Below are positions 25,359-36,808 of a stretch of 64,000 nucleotides of DNA, one piece after another. Origin of the DNA: Candidatus Hydrogenedentota bacterium (GTDB lineage: Bacteria; Hydrogenedentota; Hydrogenedentia; Hydrogenedentales; SLHB01); assembly GCA_045863335.1 (NCBI GenBank), contig BTVY01000004.1, positions 96,001-160,000 on the forward strand, read 5' to 3'. How positions within the stretch are numbered: position 1 is the first letter of the stretch; every line of letters starts with the position of its first letter. The position numbers were made by a program, and so were the translations under genes. A model generated the notes under the pieces. The model made no database searches, was not told where the DNA came from, and saw only the letters and a program-made list of their open reading frames with translations.

Positions 25359-28047
25359 TCGGCTGTTTCTCATCGATGCCAGTGCCTTTGCATACCGGTC
25401 GTTTTTTGCCATTCGGAACCTGACCAACTCGAAGGGGCAGCCAACCAACGCAGTCTACGGGTTTGCGCGCATCCTGCTGAAACTCCTTCGCGAACACGAT
25501 CCGAGCCATATTGCCGTCGTGTTCGACGCCCCGGGGAAGACCTTTCGAGACGAGCTTTACCCTGAATACAAGGCTAATCGCGAGGCCATGCCCGAAGAAC
25601 TGTCTTCCCAGTTTCCGCTCATTCGAGATTTGGTCGCCGCCTTTAACATCCCCATGTTTTCCCAGCAAGGGGTGGAAGCGGATGACATCATGGGTACGCT
25701 CGCGCAACGCGCCGCGAAGGAGAATGTGGAGACGATCCTCGTCACCGGCGATAAAGACATGCTTCAGCTCGTCGGTGGTAAAACCAAAGTGTACGACCCC
25801 AGCAAGGGAGACAATGGCGCTTGGTACGGAACTGACGAAGTCCGCGAACGCTTTGGTTGCGATCCGGAACACGTGATCGACGCGTTGGCCTTGATGGGGG
25901 ACACGGCGGACAACGTGCCGGGGGTCCGGGGCATCGGTCCCAAGACGGCCAAGACGCTGATGGAGAAGTACGGATCCCTGGAATCGCTTTACGAGCACAT
26001 CGACGAAATCAAGGGCAAGCAGCGCGAGAAACTCGAGGCCGACAAGGAAACGGCGTGGCTGAGCCGCGAACTCGTCACGATTAAGACAGACGTGGACCTC
26101 CCGTTGGGAATCGAGGATTGCCGCCGTGGCGAAGAGGATCGGGCTAAGCTGGCGGAGGCGTTTCACGCACTCGAGTTTCAGTCACTGCTTGAAGAGTACT
26201 TGCCGGATGCGGCCGAAGTCGAAACCACCTCGTACCGGTTAATCCTGACGCGAGAACAATTGGAAAACGTCCTCGCGGAAATGCGGGCATCCGGAGCCTT
26301 TGCACTCGATACGGAAACCACGTCAACCGACCCCATGCGCGCCGAATTGGTCGGGGTATCCATGAGTTGCGCAACGGCCACGGGCTGCTACATTCCGGTC
26401 GGCCACACTGCGGAGCGCATGAAGGCTGTTTCAGCCCCTTCGAACGAGACACTTCTGGACCGCAAGACGGCCATCGAAATGCTGCGTCCGCTGCTGCAAG
26501 ACCCCGGGGTCACCAAGGTCGGCCATAACATCAAGTATGACATGGTCGTACTCGAGCGCGCGGGCATTCGGATCGACGGAGTCGGGCTGGATACGATGGT
26601 AGCGTCGTATTTGACAGATGCCGGGCGGATGAGGCATAATCTGGAAGAAGTCAGTCTCCACTACCTCAAGCGCAAAATGATCCCCATATCCGATTTGATC
26701 GGTAAGGGATCGAAAGCGGTAACCTTCGATACCGTTCCACTGGAAAAGGCGTGTGAGTACGCCGCCGAGGACGCGGATATCACGTGGCGCCTCTCCGAGG
26801 TCTTCCAGCCGCTGCTCAGCGAACGGGGGTTGTGGGAGTTGTTCGACCGGGTTGAACGGCCGCTGATCGGCGTTCTCGCCCGGATGGAGCAAGCTGGCGT
26901 CGGGGTTGACCTGCACCTCTTTGAGGAGCTTCAAAAGGAAGTTGAGGGACGGCTCAAGAGCCTGGAAGCGGAGATACACCAGGTAGCCGGAGAACCCTTC
27001 CAGATAAATTCGCCCAAGCAATTGCAGGTGATCCTGTTCGAGAAGCTCGGGCTCAAGCCAATCCGAAAAACGAAGACCGGATTCTCCACCGATGTGGAAG
27101 TGCTCGAGGTTCTTGCACACGAGCATCCCTTGCCCGAAAAGATTTTGGAGTATCGGATTCTCGAAAAACTCCGGGGAACCTACATCGAAGCGTTGCCCAA
27201 GCTGGTGCATCCGGCAACCGGGCGTATACATACTTCGTTCAATCAGGCCGTTGCGGCGACCGGGCGCCTATCCAGTAGCGACCCGAACCTGCAGAACATT
27301 CCGGTCCGGACCGAAATCGGAAAGCGCATTCGCGAAGGATTCGTACCGCGGGATGCGGGCAGGAAGCTGATTTCGGCGGATTACTCTCAAATTGAATTGC
27401 GAATCCTGGCCCACCTCTCGGGGGACGCCCATCTCAAAGAAGCGTTCATGCACGATGCCGACATCCATCAGGAAACAGCGGCGCGCGTGTTCGGAATCAT
27501 GCCGGAACTGGTAACCCCGGAGATGCGTCGCCAGGCCAAGGCGGTGAACTTCGGCGTGATCTACGGGATCAGTGCGTTTGGTTTGTCACGGAATCTCGGG
27601 ATCACCAATGCGGAGGCCGCCCGGTTCATTGACCACTATTTCGAGAAGTATCCGGGGGTACGCGCCTGGATCGATGCGACCCTGCGACAGGCGGCCAAGG
27701 ACGGGTATGTAGAAACCTTGCTCAAACGGCGGCGCTATGTGCCGGAATTGACCTCCCGAAACGTGAGTATGCGCCGCGCGGCGGAACGCATCGCGACCAA
27801 TACGCCGGTACAGGGAAGCGCGGCGGATGTAATCAAGCTCGCCATGATTCGGCTCGACGAAGCCTTGGAGGGGACCGACGCTCAACTGATCCTCCAGGTT
27901 CATGACGAATTGGTGGTGGAAGCCCCTGAAGACACGGTCCAAGCCGTCGCGGGCACGATGAAGCGGATCATGGAGGACGCAATAGAATTGAACGTCCCAC
28001 TCAAAGTGGATGTGGGCATCGGGGACAACTGGGCGGAAATTCACTAA
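25351..28047 (+). CDS. polA: DNA polymerase I
   Basis: 5'-3' exonuclease (EADD, DNVPGVRGIG), 3'-5' exonuclease DTET, polymerase ADYSQIELR, AKAVNFGVIYG, QVHDEL. Confidence 0.97.
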   Translation: MADRLFLIDASAFAYRSFFAIRNLTNSKGQPTNAVYGFARILLKLLREHDPSHIAVVFDAPGKTFRDELYPEYKANREAMPEELSSQFPLIRDLVAAFNIPMFSQQGVEADDIMGTLAQRAAKENVETILVTGDKDMLQLVGGKTKVYDPSKGDNGAWYGTDEVRERFGCDPEHVIDALALMGDTADNVPGVRGIGPKTAKTLMEKYGSLESLYEHIDEIKGKQREKLEADKETAWLSRELVTIKTDVDLPLGIEDCRRGEEDRAKLAEAFHALEFQSLLEEYLPDAAEVETTSYRLILTREQLENVLAEMRASGAFALDTETTSTDPMRAELVGVSMSCATATGCYIPVGHTAERMKAVSAPSNETLLDRKTAIEMLRPLLQDPGVTKVGHNIKYDMVVLERAGIRIDGVGLDTMVASYLTDAGRMRHNLEEVSLHYLKRKMIPISDLIGKGSKAVTFDTVPLEKACEYAAEDADITWRLSEVFQPLLSERGLWELFDRVERPLIGVLARMEQAGVGVDLHLFEELQKEVEGRLKSLEAEIHQVAGEPFQINSPKQLQVILFEKLGLKPIRKTKTGFSTDVEVLEVLAHEHPLPEKILEYRILEKLRGTYIEALPKLVHPATGRIHTSFNQAVAATGRLSSSDPNLQNIPVRTEIGKRIREGFVPRDAGRKLISADYSQIELRILAHLSGDAHLKEAFMHDADIHQETAARVFGIMPELVTPEMRRQAKAVNFGVIYGISAFGLSRNLGITNAEAARFIDHYFEKYPGVRAWIDATLRQAAKDGYVETLLKRRRYVPELTSRNVSMRRAAERIATNTPVQGSAADVIKLAMIRLDEALEGTDAQLILQVHDELVVEAPEDTVQAVAGTMKRIMEDAIELNVPLKVDVGIGDNWAEIH

Positions 28048-28175
28048 CCCGAGACGCGCCGTGCGTCGACAGTTCGTGGGCGCGCGGGCGGCACCAATAC
28101 AAGGCATTGACAACGTTTGAAAACCTTGCGCCGTAGCGCGCCACCCAAACACTGGACATTACGAAAGGATGATGA

Positions 28176-29630
28176 ATGGCTGACAGAACGGTTAACGACA
28201 AGTCGCATTCGAGGCCCCGGGGGAAGCCCAAACGCTCCAACTCGGGAGGGCCGGGCCGAGGCCCATCGCGCGGTGGCCGCGATCACGGACGTGACCGGGA
28301 TCGGCGCCCGTCGGCACCGGTGGTCGACGTAGCCAATGATCCGGAAAGCGAGATTCAGGCGAGTTCGAACGGTCCGGAGATCGCGATCGGTGACTTGAAG
28401 CGCATGACGATGACGGAACTGGCCGATACGGCCCGCCACCTGAACGTCGAAGGATACAGCGGCCTCAAGAAGCAGGATCTAATATTCCGCATTTTGCAGC
28501 AGAGCATCGAAGCGACCGGTTCGCTGTACGGCGAAGGCACGCTCGAGATTCTGCCGGACGGCTTCGGCTTCCTGCGATCGGGCGACTACTCTTATCTGCC
28601 GGGGCCGGATGACATCTACGTGTCGCCCTCGCAGATTCGCAAATTCGCACTCCGGACCGGCGACACGATTCAAGGTCACGTGCGGCCGCCGAAGGAAGGC
28701 GAGCGGTATTTCGCCTTGCTGAAAGTCGAGGCGGTGAACTACGAAAGCCCCGACGTCGCCCGCGAACGCATCCTCTTCGACAACCTGACGCCCCTCCACC
28801 CGAACGAGCGCCTCGTCCTTGAAACCGAGCAGAAAGAAGTGGCCATGCGCATCATGGACCTCATCTCGCCAATCGGTAAGGGGCAACGCGGCCTCATCGT
28901 GGCGGCGCCGTTCACTGGCAAGACGGTCCTTCTGCAAAAGATCGCCAACAGCATCGGCATCAATCATCCCGAAGCGCACGTCATCGTGCTGCTCATCGAC
29001 GAGCGACCCGAGGAAGTGACGGACATGTCGCGGTCGGTGAAGGGCGAGGTTATCGCGTCGACCTTCGACGAACCGCCCGAGCGCCACGTGCAAGTCGCCG
29101 AGATGGTGCTGGAAAAGGCGAAGCGCCTGGTCGAGCACAAGCGCGACGTGATCATCCTCCTGGACTCGATCACCCGTCTCGCCCGCGCGTACAACGTGAT
29201 CGTGCCTGCCAGCGGCAAGGTGCTATCCGGCGGTGTGGATGCGAATGCCTTGCAGCGCCCGAAACGGTTCTTCGGCGCAGCCCGCAATATCGAAGAAGGC
29301 GGAAGCCTGACGATCCTCGCCACGGCGCTGGTCGAAACCGGCAGCCGTATGGACGACGTCATCTTCGAAGAGTTCAAAGGCACGGGCAACATGGAGATCC
29401 ATCTGGATCGCCGCCTCATGGAGAAGCGCATCTTCCCGGCCCTGGACGTGCTCAAGTCGCGTACGCGTAAGGAAGAGTTGCTCATCGCCGAAGACGAGTT
29501 GCAGCGCATCTGGCTGTTGCTGAAAGTGCTCAGCCCGCTCAGTGTCACGGAAGCAACGGAATTGCTCATCGACAAGCTGAGAAAGACCAAGACCAATTCC
29601 GACTTCTTGTCGATGATGCAGAAGATGTAG
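28176..29630 (+). CDS. rho: Transcription termination factor Rho
   Basis: [51 protein letters not shown]. Confidence 0.97.
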   Translation: MADRTVNDKSHSRPRGKPKRSNSGGPGRGPSRGGRDHGRDRDRRPSAPVVDVANDPESEIQASSNGPEIAIGDLKRMTMTELADTARHLNVEGYSGLKKQDLIFRILQQSIEATGSLYGEGTLEILPDGFGFLRSGDYSYLPGPDDIYVSPSQIRKFALRTGDTIQGHVRPPKEGERYFALLKVEAVNYESPDVARERILFDNLTPLHPNERLVLETEQKEVAMRIMDLISPIGKGQRGLIVAAPFTGKTVLLQKIANSIGINHPEAHVIVLLIDERPEEVTDMSRSVKGEVIASTFDEPPERHVQVAEMVLEKAKRLVEHKRDVIILLDSITRLARAYNVIVPASGKVLSGGVDANALQRPKRFFGAARNIEEGGSLTILATALVETGSRMDDVIFEEFKGTGNMEIHLDRRLMEKRIFPALDVLKSRTRKEELLIAEDELQRIWLLLKVLSPLSVTEATELLIDKLRKTKTNSDFLSMMQKM

Positions 29631-29662
29631 GTTCGGCCCGGGGGAAATCCGAGGTTGAGAAG

Positions 29663-30625
29663 CTAGGTGTTTCCGGCGTCGCCGGTGCGCGCGTGGCGAT
29701 CGAACCATGCGCACGCTGCGTGTGGCAGGTCTTCGTGACCGCCGTCGAAAACGGTAAGCCGGGAGGCTCCGGCCGACCGCCGGAAATAGATCGGGCGATC
29801 GTAAGACGGATCGGACCGATCGGTCGGATCCGTCCGATCGGCCAAGCCAAGGGTATTCCGCGCGAGGATCAACTCGAGTTCTTCATTGGAGATGGCCGGT
29901 CCATCTACAGACTTCGCGAGCGCGTTGAATGCCCACACGCTGTGCTGTACACCGATTCCTCGGGGTTGGCCGTCGTGAATGCCATGGGCGATATCGACGG
30001 GTAGCCCCGCCGCTTTGTCCATGTGGAACACAGGCGACCGATAGTGCAATTCGCGATCGACTTCTGCCGAGGACCCCGGCGCGCCTCCGGCGACTTTCTC
30101 CACGTGGCGGTAGGCTTTGGCGTCCATCACCCTGCATTCGGCGTGAAAAGCGGCTAAGTCGGTGATGGAACACCAAGCTGACACGGCAGCCCAGCGGTCC
30201 GGTGCTTCTCCCGCCATGATGAGCGCCATGTGACCGCCACCCGAGCACCCGCCCACGTAGATACGATTCGCGTCGACCTCGTGATTTGCGCAAGCCCAGT
30301 CCACGGCATCCAGTACATCCTGCCGGGCGAGCGGGGAGGCGCAGGCTTGCGGGCGGCGATTGGGTCCACGAAAATCCGGCGCGAGAAAATGCCAGTTTCG
30401 TTTGGCCGCCTCGACCTGCCACGGCGTGGAATCGAAATCATAGTGATGCCGCCACGGATGGAGGTAAATCAGAAGGGGTTGCGGACCGTCGATTCTCGCG
30501 GGCATGAAGAGGCACGGTTGCCGGTGACGATCAACCGTACTTTGCACTCGGATGGTGTACCGTGCGGCGGTTGCGGAAACCTTGTCGCGCTTGCGCAAGC
30601 CCAGTTTTTGAAGCAACCGCTTCAC
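29663..30625 (-). CDS. Alpha/beta hydrolase (prolyl-oligopeptidase-like esterase)
   Basis: GCSGGG nucleophile elbow, HGIHD, FDGGHE; GTG start inferred just after the eda stop. Confidence 0.8.
   Translation of the reverse strand: MKRLLQKLGLRKRDKVSATAARYTIRVQSTVDRHRQPCLFMPARIDGPQPLLIYLHPWRHHYDFDSTPWQVEAAKRNWHFLAPDFRGPNRRPQACASPLARQDVLDAVDWACANHEVDANRIYVGGCSGGGHMALIMAGEAPDRWAAVSAWCSITDLAAFHAECRVMDAKAYRHVEKVAGGAPGSSAEVDRELHYRSPVFHMDKAAGLPVDIAHGIHDGQPRGIGVQHSVWAFNALAKSVDGPAISNEELELILARNTLGLADRTDPTDRSDPSYDRPIYFRRSAGASRLTVFDGGHEDLPHAACAWFDRHARTGDAGNT
29806..29841. repeat. 9-bp-periodic repeat, copy 2 (in-frame inside the hydrolase gene)
   Basis: ACGGATCGG ACCGATCGG TCGGATCCG TCCGATCGG; translated as DRTDPTDRSDPS. 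Confidence 0.75.
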
Positions 30626-30635
30626 CGGGGGGACG

Positions 30636-31289
30636 TCATCCGCCCCGCGCGGCGCGCACCGCGTCGGCAAAGGCGCGAGCGTTCTTGGTGATGCCGTCGA
30701 AATCGCGCGCGGCCACGAGTTTCTTCGCGACAAGATTCCCGCCGACGCCAAGGGCTACCGCGCCCGCCTTCAGAAACTCACCCACGTTGCCCACTTCTAC
30801 GCCGCCTGTGGGAATGAGCGGAATTTGGGGAAGTGGTCCCTTGATGGCCTTCAGATACTCCGGTCCGCCGATGCTCGCGGGAAACACCTTCACGAAATCC
30901 GACCCTGCTTCCCATGCGGTCAGAATCTCCGTGGGGGTGTAGGCGCCAGCAGCGATCGGCTTTCCGTATCGGCGCGCCATGTGGATCACGGGAATCGACA
31001 GCGTAGGCGTAACAACATACTCCGCGCCGGCGAGGATCGCCATGCGGCACGTTTCCGCATCCAGTACCGTTCCCACACCCAGAAGCACGTCCGCGCCAGC
31101 CAGTTTCTTTGACGCGGTCTCAATACATTCCAGCGCCCCTGGGGTCGTCATGGTCACTTCGATACAGTGGACGCCACCCGCGGCAACGGCCTCCACCACG
31201 CGGACCAGATCGTCACCCCCGGAATCCGCACGGACGACCGCGACAATACATTTCTCGATTAGATAATTGATGGCGTCATACTTGTTCAT
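30636..31289 (-). CDS. eda: KDPG/KHG aldolase
   Basis: IEVTMTTP, GVGTVLD, TPTEI, VKVFPA, PTGGV, GVGGNL. Confidence 0.92.
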   Translation of the reverse strand: MNKYDAINYLIEKCIVAVVRADSGGDDLVRVVEAVAAGGVHCIEVTMTTPGALECIETASKKLAGADVLLGVGTVLDAETCRMAILAGAEYVVTPTLSIPVIHMARRYGKPIAAGAYTPTEILTAWEAGSDFVKVFPASIGGPEYLKAIKGPLPQIPLIPTGGVEVGNVGEFLKAGAVALGVGGNLVAKKLVAARDFDGITKNARAFADAVRAARGG

Positions 31290-31370
31290 GATTTGTTTCC
31301 CCAGTATTGCTGCACGCGCCGCATTCGAACACAGGATCCACCCGCGCTTCAACCGTCGCGCGCCGTGCTC

Positions 31371-33053
31371 CTACCGCTGAGCCCGTTCTACCGGTAGCAC
31401 ACAGCGGAACCCCACCGTAGGTAATGCGCTTTCCGGAAACAATCCTTTCCGCGCGGCGCATCGAAGTTCGTCGGCCTTGGAGTGCCACGACCCGCCACGA
31501 ATCGCCCGCTTTGGCGGACCCGTACGAGCCGCCGCCTCACGACGGGCGGGATCGTAGGGAAGAAACAGGTCGGCCGTCCACTCGTACACGTTTCCCGCCA
31601 GGTCGTACACATTGTCCGGCGTCTTGCCTTCTTCGTGCATGGATACAATGGAGGGCATATTAAGGAAGTCGCGATAGTTCGCTTTGTGGGCGTCCGGTTC
31701 CTGGTGTCCCCAGGGGTACTTTCGGTTTTCCTTGCCGCGTGCCGCGTATTCCCATTGCGCTTCCGAGGGTAACGCCTTCCCGGCCCAGGCGGCGTACGCG
31801 GCCGCGTCCTCCCACGTTACGCCGATGACCGGTTGATCGGCGCCCCGGTAGTCCGGGATGCCCCAGAGCTTGGGATTGGGCCGGCCCGTGGCACGCAGAA
31901 ACTCCTCGAACTGGGCGTTCGTCACGGGATACGCGTCTATGTAAAAGGGCTCCACGGTCATTTCAAATTCAGGCGCTTCATCGGCAATCCCGTTGTTGCC
32001 CATGAGAAAGCTGCCGCCTTCCAGAAACACCATGCCATCCGTGGAGACTTCACGGCCTGGCTCGACTTCAATGCGCGTTTTCAGGGTCGCACGATAGGAC
32101 TCGTCAAAAGCCTTCAGGAGGTTTGATCGGAAATCGCCCGCGGTTTGCCAACGATCCTCGCGCGGGATCTGGACGGCCTTCTGCAAGACCGTCAAGAGCG
32201 AAGGGGCAACGTCGTCACGCACGGCGGTCACTTCGACGAAATCGTCCAGCGGCGTCCGCAAATTGAGCAATTCCCGGAAGATCAGCCCGACCGAATACAG
32301 GTCCGCGCGGGAATCGATCTCCGCGTGGCGCAATTGCTCGGGCGACGCGTAAGCCTCGGTGCCTACGACGCGAGTCGGTTTGCCATCGGGTCCCTTGTCC
32401 GTGAAAAGGCACTCTTCATCGACGACTTTGGCCAGCCCGAAATCAAGCACTTTCAGATGCTCGCCCGCGAGCAACATGACGTTCTCGGGCTTGATATCGC
32501 GATGAATGACGATGCGGTGCGCGTAGTCGAGGGCTGCCAGAATCTGCGCGGTCAGCGTAACGGCCAGCCTTACGTCGACTAGCCTGCGTTGATTGCGGCA
32601 ATTCCGGAGAAAGGCCCGCAGTGACTGGCCCTGAAGGTACTCCATGGAAATATAGAGGATTCCCTCAGGCGTGGCGCTGACGTCATGGACCGCCACGACG
32701 TTCTCGTGGCGGAGCCGACGGGCGACCTGAGCCTCTTGAATGAACAGCTTGACGCCCTTCTGTGTATGCACGATGCGCGGGTCAAGAAACTTCAGCGCGA
32801 CCCGCTCGTTCATCAAGGTGTCGTGGGCCCGGTAGACCATGCCCATGCCGCCCTTGCCGATAGGAGTCTCGATGACGTATCGATCGGAAATGCGATGGCC
32901 TGGTTCAAACTGGAGATCCAGTTCCCTGTCGCCGTTCGCGGTATGAGGAACCAGCAACCGCGCGCCACAGCCAAAACACACCCCCCAACGTCCTTGGACC
33001 GTTGGTGGTACCGAGATAGTCAGACCGCATTGAGTGCACGTAACGTGAATCAT
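31371..33053 (-). CDS. Zn-ribbon + Ser/Thr kinase + FGE-sulfatase (SUMF1-like) domain protein
   Basis: CxxC...CxxC; GKGGMG, HRDIKPEN, DFG; LPSEAQWEYAARG, DLAGNVYEW, RGGSW, GFRC. Confidence 0.9.
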   Translation of the reverse strand: MIHVTCTQCGLTISVPPTVQGRWGVCFGCGARLLVPHTANGDRELDLQFEPGHRISDRYVIETPIGKGGMGMVYRAHDTLMNERVALKFLDPRIVHTQKGVKLFIQEAQVARRLRHENVVAVHDVSATPEGILYISMEYLQGQSLRAFLRNCRNQRRLVDVRLAVTLTAQILAALDYAHRIVIHRDIKPENVMLLAGEHLKVLDFGLAKVVDEECLFTDKGPDGKPTRVVGTEAYASPEQLRHAEIDSRADLYSVGLIFRELLNLRTPLDDFVEVTAVRDDVAPSLLTVLQKAVQIPREDRWQTAGDFRSNLLKAFDESYRATLKTRIEVEPGREVSTDGMVFLEGGSFLMGNNGIADEAPEFEMTVEPFYIDAYPVTNAQFEEFLRATGRPNPKLWGIPDYRGADQPVIGVTWEDAAAYAAWAGKALPSEAQWEYAARGKENRKYPWGHQEPDAHKANYRDFLNMPSIVSMHEEGKTPDNVYDLAGNVYEWTADLFLPYDPARREAAARTGPPKRAIRGGSWHSKADELRCAARKGLFPESALPTVGFRCVLPVERAQR

Positions 33054-33202
33054 GGTAAGGCAGGAATGCTACCACAGCCGCGTGACGGCGAGCAATGTAT
33101 ATCCCCTGGATTAAATGCAGCAACTCACCGTCACCGGCGAATAAGGAACCGGCCCGGATCGGGTGACCGATGCGGGCCGGCGGGGCTTCCTGATGGAGGG
33201 GT

Positions 33203-34129
<927 letters not shown>

Positions 34130-34241
34130 CCGATCTCCTCACTTGCTGATTTCTACTCTTCCCCCCCCGCGGACGGCGTCGTTACGCGAAGCGGAACCAG
34201 CCTACCGCGTTTGGCGGTCGCATTGCCAAATTCTGAACGAC

Positions 34242-35333
34242 CTACTCCGACGGCGGCTTGAAATTCGTGACGCCCGCCGATTCCAGCGCCTTCATGAAGC
34301 CGTCCTTGTCCACGGCTTTCTTCCACGCTTCTTCGGCTTCTACGATGTCCTGCTTCACAAACTTCGCCAATTCGTCATTGAGCAGGGTCATTCCTTCCTT
34401 CTTGGCCGTCTGCATGATGCTCATGATCTGATTGTTCTTCGCTTCGCGAATCAGCGAAGAGACCGCCGCATTGACGATGAGCACCTCGAGCGCAGCCACA
34501 CGCCCTCCGCCCTTCTTCTTAAGGAGGTTCTGAGCCACGATGCCTTTCAGCGTGCCCGCGAGCATCGTGCGAATCTGCTGTTGCTGCTCCGACGGGAACT
34601 GGTCGATGAGCCGGTCCACGGTGGAAATGGCGGTCGTGGTGTGGAGGGTGCCAAAGACCAAGTGCCCTGTTTCCGCGGTTTCGATGGCGATGTGTGTCGT
34701 TTCCAGATCGCGCATTTCACCTACCAGCACGATGTCCGGATCCTCGCGCAGCGCCGCGCGCAGCGCCGCCTTGAAGCCTTTGGTGTGGGTGTGGACTTCA
34801 CGCTGGTTGATGAGACAGCGCTTGTTCTTGTGCACAAACTCGATAGGATCCTCGATCGTGATGATGTGGTCGCTGCGGGTCGCGTTGATGAGGTCGATGA
34901 GCGCCGCCAAGGTCGTCGACTTTCCGCTGCCCGTCGGACCCGTCACCAATACCAACCCCTTGCTCAACGAGCAGAACTTCTTGACCGCGTCCGGAAGCCC
35001 CAGTTGTTCGCAGGTCAGAATCTCGGTTGGAATCAACCGGAAGACACCGCCGATCCCCTTATGGTCCATGAAGATGTTGCAGCGAAAACGGCCGTAGCCT
35101 TCAAGCTCGTACGCGAAGTCCGTGTCGTGCACTTCGTTGAACTGCTTCTCGTTCTCGGGGGGCATGATCTCGTAGAGCACGCTCTTGACGGTTTGCCCGT
35201 CCATGGTCTCTTCCGACCGCAGTGCGGCGATGGACCCGTCTTTGCGCAGGATTGGTTTACACCCAGTGCAAAAATGCAGGTCCGAAGCACCGTGCTCGAC
35301 CATCGCCTTCAGATACTTATCAAGTTGCGCCAT
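34242..35333 (-). CDS. pilT: Type IV pilus retraction ATPase PilT family
   Basis: ASDLH, TGPTGSGKSTT, IEDPIEF, ALREDPD, GEMRD, AETGHLVFGTLHT, LIRE. Confidence 0.93.
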   Translation of the reverse strand: MAQLDKYLKAMVEHGASDLHFCTGCKPILRKDGSIAALRSEETMDGQTVKSVLYEIMPPENEKQFNEVHDTDFAYELEGYGRFRCNIFMDHKGIGGVFRLIPTEILTCEQLGLPDAVKKFCSLSKGLVLVTGPTGSGKSTTLAALIDLINATRSDHIITIEDPIEFVHKNKRCLINQREVHTHTKGFKAALRAALREDPDIVLVGEMRDLETTHIAIETAETGHLVFGTLHTTTAISTVDRLIDQFPSEQQQQIRTMLAGTLKGIVAQNLLKKKGGGRVAALEVLIVNAAVSSLIREAKNNQIMSIMQTAKKEGMTLLNDELAKFVKQDIVEAEEAWKKAVDKDGFMKALESAGVTNFKPPSE

Positions 35334-35750
35334 GCATCAATCCTCCCCGATCAGCTTCGCCGTTCGCGCCCCGCCCGCGCAGGGCCGGTGTATCTCGTGG
35401 CCGCAACACGCTACCATCCGTTTCCTGTCGAAACAACCCATTTCTCCTCGCCTTGGAATCGGCCTTATGTTGTGGTAATCGCGCGGAGTTCACGACACGG
35501 GCGCATAGGCTCGACTCGAATAGCTGTAGTGCCGTGGCGAGTGCCACCCGGGCCTCCTTGCACAGATCTGTTCGCTTCGGGTGTGTCCGCCGCACATGTC
35601 TCTGCACGAGTTTCAAAAACCGACACGAGGCGCCGGGTGTCGCTAACCTGCACTATTTCAGCATGTTATAGGCGATCTTTGTCTAAAGCGTTTGTTGATA
35701 ATGAGTTGGCATTGAATATGCAGCCTTTTGGAGGCGGTACTACACCTAAC

Positions 35751-35780
35751 TTGATCTTTCGGTTTCAAACGCGGTATAAG
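35751..35780 (+). promoter_or_regulatory. sigma70 promoter of the hydrogenase operon
   Basis: TTGATC-18 nt-TATAAG. Confidence 0.55.
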
Positions 35781-35791
35781 GGTGTCGAGAT

Positions 35792-35815
35792 TAATCGTGA
35801 AATAAATCACGATTA
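35792..35815. promoter_or_regulatory. Rex operator
   Basis: Palindrome TAATCGTGA-AATAAA-TCACGATTA; core TCGTGAA-ATAA-ATCACGA fits TTGTGAA-N4-TTCACAA; rex is the last gene of the operon. Confidence 0.75.
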
Positions 35816-35902
35816 GGCAGTCAAGGGTAGGCCTCCCCCGGTCCGAGATTCGGACGGCCAGTAGAACGGCGGCAGCACCGCCAACCAACGAGAGGTAGTA
35901 GT

Positions 35903-36283
35903 ATGGCCAAGATTCTCGTAGTCGACGACGACCCGGATATCACGGAGGCCTGCACGCTCTTCCTCGAACGCGAGGGGTTCGAGGTCGTCAGCGCCAACAG
36001 CCGGTCCTCGGGGATGGCATCCATTGAAGGATCGCCCCCGGACCTGGTCATCCTGGACGTCATGATGGAGCAGCCGGACGACGGCATGGCAATGGCGCAG
36101 GATCTGCGCCGCAACGGGTTCACCAATCCTATTCTCATGCTGACCAGTATCAGCAAGGTCAGTGGGCTGGAGTACGGCCGGGACAACGACGTGGTGCCGG
36201 TGGACGAGTTCCAGGAAAAGCCCGTGGACCCTGCAACGCTTATCGAGAAGGTCAAGCGCCTGCTCGCGGCGAAGGAGGGATAA
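35903..36283 (+). CDS. Single-domain response regulator
   Basis: ILVVDDD, ILDVMM, MLTS, EKPV; GAGG SD. Confidence 0.9.
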   Translation: MAKILVVDDDPDITEACTLFLEREGFEVVSANSRSSGMASIEGSPPDLVILDVMMEQPDDGMAMAQDLRRNGFTNPILMLTSISKVSGLEYGRDNDVVPVDEFQEKPVDPATLIEKVKRLLAAKEG

Positions 36284-36286
36284 GTC

Positions 36287-36808
36287 ATGTTGCTGACCGA
36301 ACAAGATCGATTGCGAGATGAAATCCAGCGCTGGGGCATGGTGTACGGTAAGGAACGGAGCGCGCTCATTCCCATTTTGCAGGAAATTCAACGCGTTCAT
36401 TCTCGCATTTCCGACTTCGCCATGCAGATTATAGCGGACATGCTCGACATCCATCCCGTGGAAGTTTACGGCGTGGTGTCCTTCTATAGCTTCCTGGACT
36501 GGAAGCCCAAGGGGCGTTTTGTCATTCGCCTGTGCCGGACCATTTCCTGCGACATGCAGGGCAAGGACCGGCTCGCGCGGCAGTTGGAAAATGACCTCGG
36601 CATCACCTTCGGAGAGACGACCCCGGACGGGCGGTTCACGCTGGAATGGGCCAACTGTATCGGCATGTGCGATCAGGGCCCGGCCCTGCTGGTCAACGAC
36701 CACGTGTTCACCCGGGTGACCCCGGACCGGATCCACGACATTCTCGAGGGATGCCGGAAAGTCTTCGGCGTACACGCGGCGCAAACGATGCAGGAGCAGT
36801 TGGTATGA
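36287..36808 (+). CDS. hydC: [FeFe]-hydrogenase gamma subunit (NuoE-like [2Fe-2S])
   Basis: LIPILQEIQ, VVSFY, CRTISC, NCIGMCDQGP. Confidence 0.88.
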   Translation: MLLTEQDRLRDEIQRWGMVYGKERSALIPILQEIQRVHSRISDFAMQIIADMLDIHPVEVYGVVSFYSFLDWKPKGRFVIRLCRTISCDMQGKDRLARQLENDLGITFGETTPDGRFTLEWANCIGMCDQGPALLVNDHVFTRVTPDRIHDILEGCRKVFGVHAAQTMQEQLV

